From Podarcis liolepis (lineage: Eukaryota), in the NCBI GenBank assembly GCA_965112155.1, contig OZ218114.1: 64,000 bases of DNA; one strand, given 5' to 3'. Positions within the stretch are counted from its first letter, which is position 1; each line of letters opens with the position of its first letter. Below the pieces are notes generated by a model that saw only the letters and a list, made by a program, of their open reading frames with translations, ran no database searches and was not told the DNA's origin. Of this stretch, positions 50,011 to 64,000 are shown in pieces. The translations under genes and the position numbers were made by a program.

Positions 50011-50494
50011 CAAAACAAGAAAACTACACAAGCAAATTTACAATTGCCTGACCATATACTTTTGCACACTCCTTGTGTGTGTAGGGTAGGTACGCAGGTC
50101 AGCTACCTGTGCACATGCCCTGTCAGTACTTAACTAGCATAACAGAGTCAACAAATTAGAAGGCAAGGACAAACACAGAAGGGAACACCTACTGGTGTGG
50201 ACTGAAGTTGCTTCTCATGTACAAATCCAAATGCATGTGGGTGTGAACTACCTGAGTCTAATTAGAACAGGGGGAAACGGATTAACAGCAAAATTATGCT
50301 CCAGTGTGGACAAGTCCAAAGAATCTTAAAACAGGGGCAGGGAACATCTGCGGCTGGTCTCCAGATGTTGTTGGACTCCAACTTCCATCAGCCTCAGACA
50401 GCATAGTCAATGGTCAAGGAAGGATGGTGGGGTCTGTAGTCCAGCGACACCTGAAGAGCACCGGTTCTTAAAGACTCACAAATATTATTATGCA

Positions 50495-50970
50495 GGACTT
50501 CCGGAGGCGGCACCATCGGCAATGGCGGATTCCCTCTAGTCTTGAGGGAATTGCTCCTCGGAAATCGGGTCTTGCAGCTGCGGCGAAGCGGGGACCCTAT
50601 CGAAAACCACAGGCAGGTGAAGCCTGTGACCATGGGACTCGGCGGGCACCTTCAGCGCACTCCCAATTTGCAAGGGAACCCTGCAAGGGGCTCCGGAGCA
50701 AAACGGGGGTTTGACGCGGTGCTGAGAGTCGATCGCTACTTCCGTGGAGTGAAGCCGCGCAGCTGTTGCCGGAGAGCGCTAACCTTTTTCCTGGGACAAT
50801 TCGGCTATTAAACAACAACCCGTGAGTAGGTCAAGCTTTAAGATTTGGAGTTAAAAGAAAAAGATGGACTAATTTGGCACCGAAGCGGCAAGGTGTAAAC
50901 AGGAAGTCCACCTTCCGTTTTGTATATAGATCAAAGCAAAGACTGACTAAGCTAAGACCAGGAGAGATGC
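50495..50970 (+). mobile_element. CpG-rich fragment resembling an L1 5'UTR
   Basis: Starts GGACTTCCGG…ATGGCGG; CpG-rich with a sharp left boundary; no ORF1/ORF2 follows. Confidence 0.45.
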
Positions 50971-51853
50971 GTTAAAAGATTATTTTATCATGTATCACAG
51001 CTGTGGTCAAGGGTCACTGTACTTATTTTGCATTCCTGCAAGTTATAAATGAATGGCTATTAAGTACATTTTGCATTACATTTCCTCTGACCCCCACCCT
51101 CCAGTTGTGTATATTCCTGTACCTGAGGATTATGCCTCATGCATCTGCTGAAGTGGAGACTACAGTTTGGCAGTAAGCAATGTATCACATTCTGTTTCGA
51201 AAATGGTAAAACTGTTTTCATATATTCCATAATTTTTTGCATAAGCAGTGTAAGGATTTCATTTAATTCAAAGTCAGCTTGTTTTAGCGATTGTATTGAG
51301 CAATCAGCATCTAACATTTTGCTTATGAAGTGTCTGAACTAGGAACTAGGAATAGAAAATTTGATTTAAATCAGTTTTTGTACCCTGCCAGCTCAAGCTC
51401 GCTTCCAACACACTTTCTGGGCTCTTGTGTTGTGTGTTTAATGTCTCCTCCTAACAGCTGCTCTGAAAGTTTTTCTTTCCTGTACCCCAAAATTGGGGTG
51501 TGGCCTGAAGGAACATGATGGAACAACATTGCTGAAGCTAAGCTGATCCAAGGCAGGTCTGTGCCTGGGTGAGGGACCTCCTGGGAGCCCCACAAGTGAT
51601 CCTTTGAGCTCCATGGCAGAAAGGTGGAATATAAATAAATGAAATACAGAGCTGGATCAGTGCTGGTAGGCCCTGTCCATCTTCTCATCTCTCCATCTGT
51701 CATCTCAGATAGTGTACTGTCCCTCATTTAAGCTTTCCCATTTTCTTTCAAAAGGATGCTCACTCCCACACACAGGAGGGAGGAGGAACCAAGAACAATA
51801 GTGTGCAAGCCCTTATATAGACTTTTGAAATTGCTACCCTGTAGCTCAAGACT

Positions 51854-52130
51854 GTAAACCACAGAGCCTAGGACTTGCTGATCAGAAGGTTGGCGGTTCG
51901 AATCCCCGCGACAGGGTGAGCTCCCGTTGCTCAGTCCCTGCTCCTGCCAACCTAGCAGTTCGAAAGCACGTCAAAGTGCAAGTAGATAAATAGGTACCAC
52001 TCCTGCGGGAAGGTAAACGATGTTTCCATGCGCTGTACACCGGCTTCCTCAGCCAATAAAGCGAGGTGAGCGCCACAACCCCAGAGTCAGTCACGACTGG
52101 ACCTAATGGTCAGGGGTCCCTTTACCTTTA
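51854..52130 (+). mobile_element. Sauria SINE with internal deletion
   Basis: B box, core and ACCTTT tail. Confidence 0.88.
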
Positions 52131-52841
52131 CCGCAAGACCACTGCCCCCATACATACTTAGTTGGTCTCTAGGATGCTACTGGACAATTTTTTAATTTTT
52201 AAATTTTTTTTCGACATCACAGAAGGGGCAGTCTACAGCAGAATCCTGTCTGGCAGGAAACCTGTTAATGGCTTTACCTGGACAGCCTGGCTTTACCTGG
52301 ACATTCTTTTCTGATGATAAACACTTAATTCCTGGGTCCAGGTCACAGGCTCACCCTATTCATACCCAAATGTGCCCTTAAGGCAGGATTTGTGAGCACA
52401 GAGACAATGGGGAGGCTTTTCCCATTTCCATTCAAACTGCAGGGGAATATCTGAGGTCACTGAAAGAGTCAAAATGGCTTATAATACTTTCAACTGAGCA
52501 TGCCCAAAAATATCAGATGTGTATTCCAGTAAATTGAAGCTAGAGTGCAGTAGTTCTGCGTCTACGCCAGAAGAGCTGGCTGGATCAGGTCAATTGTTCA
52601 TCTAGTCTACTATCCTCTTCTCAAAGTAGTCAACCAGGTTGACTACTTCAGGGAAGCAGGCAAACAGGACACAACCACAAGAACACTTTCCCCTCCTGCA
52701 GTTTCCAGTAACTGGTAAAAGAATTACTGCCTCTGACCATGGAAGACAGCACAGACACCATGTCTAGAAGCCATTGATAGCTTTGTCCTCCAGGAACTTA
52801 TTCCTTCACATCATGTCCACACGCAAGCCAGCACAGACATA

Positions 52842-53011
52842 CCGTATTTTTCCGTGTATAAGACTAGGGTTTTTTTTTTACCAAAAAAAAAGGTTTAAAA
52901 TTGGGGCTTGTCTTATACACAGGTAGTGCTGAGGGGTGTTTTCTTAATTTGGAGTCCCCAAAAACAGGGGGCATCTTATACATGGGTTGTCTTATACACG
53001 GAAAAATATGG
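52842..53011. mobile_element. Tigger-like MITE
   Basis: TIR CC(G/A)TATTTTTCCGTGTATAAGAC; TA/TG flanks. Confidence 0.8.
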
Positions 53012-53949
53012 TGATTATTAGGATACAGATTTTAGAAAATCAGCGCTTCTGATTTCAAGGCCTCACATCTTTTAAAGATCTGATAACTCACAAATTGCTA
53101 TCATACATTTCACCCAGTCATTTAATTGCTTAATTGCAACGTGAGCCCCAGAAAGAAGACAAGCCTCCCTCTTCTCCACAAAATGGTGGCAACCATGACT
53201 CTCTCAGGGGCTCTTTCGGGGCATCTCCAGAGAGTGGCTCCCCCAGCAGCTAAAGCCCATCCCGGTCAGAGATCAGATGTGTCTCCATTGCAATGGCATT
53301 ATCTCAGGCAGGCAGGCATCCACCTGGCCTCCCCCACCACAGCCTTTAACTCTGCCTTTTATTGCAGCCCGCCCCCTTCCATCGCTCTCTCTCTCTTCAT
53401 TCAGCTGGTTTTTGTTTTCAAAAGCTAGGGGAGAGAAAGCTGAGCCCCCTCCCTCCACCAGATGATGGAGGCCAGATGATGCCAAGGAGGGGCTGCCCGG
53501 AGGGCGCATGCGCACAGGGAGGGAATTGCGTGGAAGTCTCGAACCACTTTGAAAACATTTCTTCATATTGCAAAAAACCAGATCGGCCGCCCCTCCCTCG
53601 GCCCTCCTCCCACAGATCGCTCCCTCCTGCAAAATTATGCCTGTATTTTGCAGAGGGACAACCCCCCCCCGAAAAAAGCACGAAACACCTCCCTCCTCTT
53701 CCTCCTCCACCTCCATCGTTTCTCTTCTCATGTTGTTCTAGATAAACAAGGTTTCTCCTCCGTCTACTCCCCCCCCCAATCCCGCCCAACCCCGACCATA
53801 ATGGCTTCCTGTAGTTCACGTTAAATCCCCTTCCAAACGCCCGAATCATCCCACAGTCAAGAAAAGTCGCCTCGCAAAGGGGAATGCAATGCGTTTGGAA
53901 TGCAAGTCTGGATTTGTGTTTACCAGAGAAAAGAGTGAGGAGAGAGGGG

Positions 53950-56050
53950 TTGGGGGGCCGGGCGGTCGTCGTGGCCGGATGAATCCAGGCGCACGGCTGA
54001 GCGGCTTACTGGGGGTGGGGGGAGCATAGATGGGGGGGGCGGCGGAGGCGGACAATGCGCGAAATTGCAAGCTGTCAGATAGGATTCCATCCACGAGCAG
54101 GGAGGGAGCGGGGAGAATGTAGAGGTTGGCCGGGGCGGGCGGGGGGGGGGAGCGACTAGTCAAGGCAAAACATCCTCCCAGACTTATGTGGGGAGATAAC
54201 TGGTAACTAGGCAACCCACGGAAAGAAGAGCCGTGCTAGCAGGTGGTTGGCACGGCAACAGCAAGGCCAATCACAGCCGCGCAATGGACGGGTTTGCAAG
54301 ACAGACAGACTGCGGGGCATGTGCAAGAAGAGCCACAGCGGTGCCAACAAGTGGGGCGTTGAAGGGGGGGGGGAGGAGAGGGAGATGCAGCTGGGGAGGC
54401 GGGAGGGAGCGCCTGGCGAAGGTAGGGTGACGATGACACTGAGCTCCCGGGAACTCCCGCTGAGCACCCAAAGCAGGCATCGCAAGCCCCACCACGCAGC
54501 AGGAGGGCGCAGGGTGGGTGTGAGCGATGCCCGGGCGCCGGAGCAGAGTCTTGCCAAAGAAGCCGCCCTCTTGGCCCGTCTCTCTCCCGCGCCCAAAGTG
54601 TTGGGCTGCACTTAATGCTGGTCTGAAGGGAGACACTCTGCGAATGCTCAGAGGCTCGCTCCTGGTTATTCCCTCTATCTGTCCCTTTTATTTATTTTAC
54701 AGATTTGATCCCCAAAATCCCAAGGGGTGATAAGGGGGCAACATATTTAGGAGCACATGCCGCCCCAGGTCGGATGCTTGTTCACTCAGGACAGTTTTGG
54801 CCTGGCGCGGACTGGGGGTGGGTGGGGTGTCCGTGAGTGGGAAGGCCCCGGGGTGCTATGCCCAGGAACGGGAGGGAGCTGGTGTACATTTGGAAGGGCT
54901 GCCGACGGGCAGAAGGCTCGAGCGGGACCCGTCCGGCTCCTCGGGGCAGAGACCCGTCGAGTGCGAGGGGAGGACGATTCGGGCGGGGCACCGGGGGAGA
55001 CATTTGCTCCCCGGTCACGTCTCCCGCGGCGCCTGGAAGCAGCCCGGCTGAGCTGGGCGGGGAGGGTCTTCGACGCTCGCGACGACGGAGCCCATCAGGC
55101 AGCCGTCGGCCGGGCCGGTGTCTCCTGGAGTGGGGGCCGAAAGGCTGCGCTACGTGGCTACCTTCCCGTCGGGGGCCCCGCTTACCGGGCAGGCGGCGCG
55201 AGGGCGAAGGCGGCTCTCGGGCGTCTGGCGGGGCGAGACAAGACTGGGCTGCAGGGGGGCCGGTCCGACGACGAAGGCGGCGATCGCAGGGCGAGGGCGG
55301 CGCGCGAGGCTGGCAGGCTGGCTTAGGGTGGCTCCTTTCCTTCGGGCGCTGCTGCGCTCAAGCCCGCGTCCCCTCGTGGCTGGCTGGGGCTGGGCGTGCC
55401 ACGGGCTCGGGCATGGCTGGGCTCGGCTGAGAAAGAGGGAGGGAGGCGGGGGGGGGCGAGCTGCGCGGAGCCGGGGAGGCGGCGCTGGCAGACAGACGGA
55501 GGGAGGGAGAGCGAGCGAGCAGGGGCGAGCTGGGGGGTGGTCTCTCCGCCACCTGCACTGATGTCAGAGCGTGTTTCTGGACGCAGCCCCGAGACCGCCA
55601 GTCTCCGTTTCGGAGCGGCCAGCGACTGCACCGCCTGCCTGCCTGCCTGCCTGCCTGCCGCGGTCTCAACGAAGCTCAGGCAGACCCTCGACGCCATGCC
55701 AGCTGCCTGGCGGTGCTTAGGAGGAAGAAAAAGCACTCTGCCCATGCTCAGCGGCGCCTTCACCGCGATTGCAACTACGGCCAGCCTTGGGAGGACTTGG
55801 GTTGTTCCACACTACTCTGGAAACGGCTCTCCCGCTGTGTCTCCCACCCCACCCCGGACCTCGACGTTTCATGAGAGTACTGCCGGTCCAGCGAGCTTAC
55901 GTCGAGCACCAGAAGCCTTGCCGCGCGGACCCTGCCTTGCTCCCTCCCTCGTCCTGACTGGGGGGGGGGGCTACAGCGGGCCAGCAGCATCAAGTGGCGA
56001 CTTGCCATTGCGTGTCTCTAACCGTCGGGAAAGCTGGTCAGCTCTGGAGG
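53950..56050. promoter_or_regulatory. CpG island, FXYD6 promoter region
   Basis: Very GC- and CpG-rich compared with the CpG-poor background; GC boxes, RFX-like and CCAAT motifs. Confidence 0.8.
55186..55520 (-). other. FXYD6: Probable FXYD6 non-coding exon 1
   Basis: Donor CCG|GTAAGC (intron starts 55185) in the densest part of a CpG island upstream of the coding exons. 5' end not determinable. Confidence 0.55.
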
Positions 56051-59000
56051 CGGGAGAAGAGTCTCCGGCAGGGCAGCCTGTCGGGGACAGAAGACAATGC
56101 GATTCTCCACCTCTTCCGCAAGGAGCAAGCAGTTGGCTTGGTTTGGCTGCCCAGCACACCACCATTAGCTATCTAAGGGGCTGCCTGTCTGGATGGAAGC
56201 CTCCTCCTCCTGGTCACTGGAGCAAGAAGAACAACAGGAGGCCCTGCCTTGTCCACTCCCTGCTATCCAGCTGTAGCAGCTTTCCAGGGACCGAGCAGGA
56301 ACAGCAGGCGCTGAGCTTTGGCAGCTCAATATTGAAGCAATGCATACCAATGTGGAAAATGCCTAGGTCCTTTGGGGGCTAGTACAACTGCTGCTGCATC
56401 AACTGAGCAAATGCCGAGCTGATTGGCTTCCCTGTTCCTGACCAGGCTCTTTCGAGATTTGCATTCAAGACCAAGGTGCATCAACATCACACACAACCAC
56501 ACAATACCTCTAGCAGAGGGGCGGTGAACCTGCTGTTGCTCCTCCCTGACCATTGGGCTGCCTGTCAGGCTGATGGGAGTTGGAGTCCAAGAATACCAGG
56601 AGGGTGTTCCCTCTCCCTGCACACCCTACTTGCCTTGCCTTCCTTGGGGGCATTCAGTGCCTCTCCCTCTTCTTCCTTTAACAAAACAGGTGGCTCCAAG
56701 GTTTGCTAGACGGATGCCCAATGGCTTCTAAGCCCTAGGAATCCTGCTGACCTTGCACTGCTGGAGAATGGCCTTTTAGGAGCCTAACCCAGTAATTGTT
56801 TGGCTTCTGTGGGGAGTGGGGGGGTGCAGTCTCTTAGAGAGGAAGCTGCTTGCAGGAAAGACACCACTCGTTAAGGGACTGCCCATCTATAGGATGAAGT
56901 GTAAACTGACCAGGAGAGCATTTTTCAAATGCAAAGCCCAGAACTCTGGTTTATCCAATGTGATTGATTGAGAGGACAGGACAGGCAAAAGAAAGTATTT
57001 CCTCAAACAACACATAATTAAATAATATAATTCATTTTCACAAGAAGTGGCAAAAACCACCAGCTTGGGTGGCTTTAAATGAGGATCAGGCAACACTGTG
57101 CAGGAGAGAGGTCTGCCTACAGTTGTTTCCCTGAACAGCTAGGTTGAGCCTTTGTAGTGAGAGGAAGTTACCTCCTAGTACCAGATGCAGGGGGCTAATC
57201 ATCAAGCTCTGCTTGTGAGCACCCAGATGCATCTGGGAAGTCCCCGGGTTCTGGATTTGATGGGCAAGAAGGTCACCCTGTACATCATCCTGTGCCCTAA
57301 GATCAGGAGAAGCGTCTCTCCCTCCAACACCAGGAAAAAGTCTAAACCCAGGAGCTATGGAAATGCGATTTCAGGAGAAATAATTGCCCAACAGTTACTA
57401 TCAGGCTAATGTTGAAATGTGTATAAACATTACAGGCAATTGTGGCATGGGGTGTGGTCTTTAAAGAGCATGTTGCTGCACGAGGAGCCCCCTAACAGCC
57501 CCAGTTCTTTGGGGTAGGCACAGTACTAAGGCTGACTCCTCTTCACACCTCCTTAGTGGCATAGCTTGGGTTGCTAGTGCCCAGGCCACACAAGGAATGG
57601 GAGGGGAAAAGATGGAGTACACATGCACATTCAACTGCCTAATGGCGTCCACATCACCCAAGAGATCTCAGTTGCAGAGATAAGAAGAGTTGTTTTGTTG
57701 TCTGGAGAGGTCACTCCTGGTTTGCCTAGAGAAGACATTGCCAACAGAGTCCAGTGATGAAAGCACACCCTAACAATTTTGCGCCCAGGGCGACCGCTCC
57801 TGTGCCCCCTCCATGCTATGCCACTGCATCTCCTGTTAGCAAACTTATTATTGCTACACACCAATTATGCACATTTCTATTTGAAGAACTATGACGCTGA
57901 TGTGGCGAAACAGCTGCCTTTGCCAATAGGCAAATGGTACATAGTTGGTGGCTGGGCCCTTGGCTACTGGTAGCAGACACAGATAAGAAGTTCTCTGCAC
58001 TATAGGAAGGCAGCTTCACTACCATGGTCTACCTCAAAGGGAGAGGTCATAACTCAGTGGTAGAGCACCTGCTTCACATGCAATAGGTGGAAGTTCCAGG
58101 GTGCCTGGCTAAGAAGATGCCACACCTGAAGCTTCAGGAGGTGGGGCTATTACTACTGCCAGTCAAGCAGACAGTACAGAGCCAGGTAGACCAATGGCCT
58201 GCATCTCACTTGACATTGCAAATGGGAATGCCCCATAGGAAGCCATTGTGCCAGAGCATAGGAGGCAGGTCCTCCTACAAGGGTGTGTTGTTTAACAGGA
58301 TAGAGAAGGGCAAAGAAGAGACTTGTTCCCACGGCAGAGTGCCACAGTTTGGGGACTGAGAGGCATCCTTCTGCAGCTTGCCAGTGTCTCCACATAGGAT
58401 CACCGGTGGGGTCCAGTTCCCCCAGAGTGGGTGAGTGGCATGGATATACCTAAGGCTGAAGCATTTCTTAGCTGTGCCCTGAGGACTTCCTAGTGAGGGA
58501 GGCTTAGTGGGTAGGTGGGCCTAGCTTCCAAGGTCTTGTGGTGTAGCCAGCGTGATTATAAAATGCAAAGGAGGCAGAGATGCAGCAGCCAAGGATGCTA
58601 CAGGGACTCCTCTTCTGCCCCGTTTCCAAGTGCAAGGACCTATCCAATCCATTCCTGGTCCAAACTGCACAAACAGGCAACCTTAAACATTGAGAAGTGG
58701 TCTGTTCCCTTTTGGCCAATGCAACCTGATCCCAAGAGCAGTTCCAGAGCTTGAGTGCAGCTGATTCTCTGGGGAGGACATAATCACACTCCACACTCCT
58801 CCCAGATGCTCCATTCCAGGCCCAGCATCAGTCGCATCAGCCCCCAGAGGCACAAGCCAGAGTCCAAGAGGCACTGACAGCAACAGCAGCAGCAGCAGCA
58901 GCCCAGAAGTACCAGAAGAGGGGAGAGGAAAAGGTTGTCCTTTGCCACACAGTCATCCTGATGGCCCATGAGCAGGAAAATGCATCTGGCCACCCCAGCC

Positions 59001-59064
59001 TCCATGAGGACCTTTCCATGGGAAAACAGATGTGGTGCTGGGGGCAGAAGAAGCCCTTCTTTTC

Positions 59065-63949
<4,885 letters not shown>

Positions 63950-64000
63950 CTGGAGGAGAGACAAAAACAGACTCTGTTAGGTTTCAGAGGATGGGTCCAG

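Noticed and set aside
55396-56382. 328-aa plus-strand ORF and neighbouring 120-200 aa ORFs at 54207-55763
   Set aside because: Low-complexity Ala/Gly/Arg/Pro translations in several frames of a CpG island; stop depletion from high GC; no recognisable domain.

Overview
Eukaryotic genomic DNA from a squamate reptile, most likely a lacertid lizard. The organism call rests on Sauria/Squam1 SINEs, Squam3-type SINEs with a (CTT)n tail, RTE-BovB and L1/CR1/L2 fragments. The window carries three spliced genes on the minus strand, in the order seen in mammals (…DSCAML1)-FXYD2-FXYD6-TMPRSS13. FXYD2 (Na,K-ATPase gamma subunit, 63 aa) is complete, with 5 coding exons at 13275-17889, a 3'UTR exon and an HNF1-type promoter site. 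FXYD6 (95 aa) is complete, with 6 coding exons at 32933-36321, a 3'UTR exon and a probable non-coding exon 1 in a CpG island near 55.2-55.5 kb. The 3' half of TMPRSS13 is present as 7 exons at 59065-63949 and includes the whole trypsin-like protease domain. All exons were reconstructed by hand from GT-AG sites and reading-frame continuity. The rest is transposon-rich: hAT MITEs with 8-bp TSDs, Tc1/mariner-pogo MITEs with TA TSDs, solo LTRs and several nested insertions. I found no convincing new multi-gene system. The best leads are a decayed hATm-like transposase fossil of an invertebrate-type lineage, a young hAT MITE carrying TTAGGG/G-quadruplex repeats, a GC-rich hairpin module shared by two MITE families with different TIRs, and an apparently remodelled N-glycan pattern in TMPRSS13. 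Most ORFs in the supplied track are non-coding noise.
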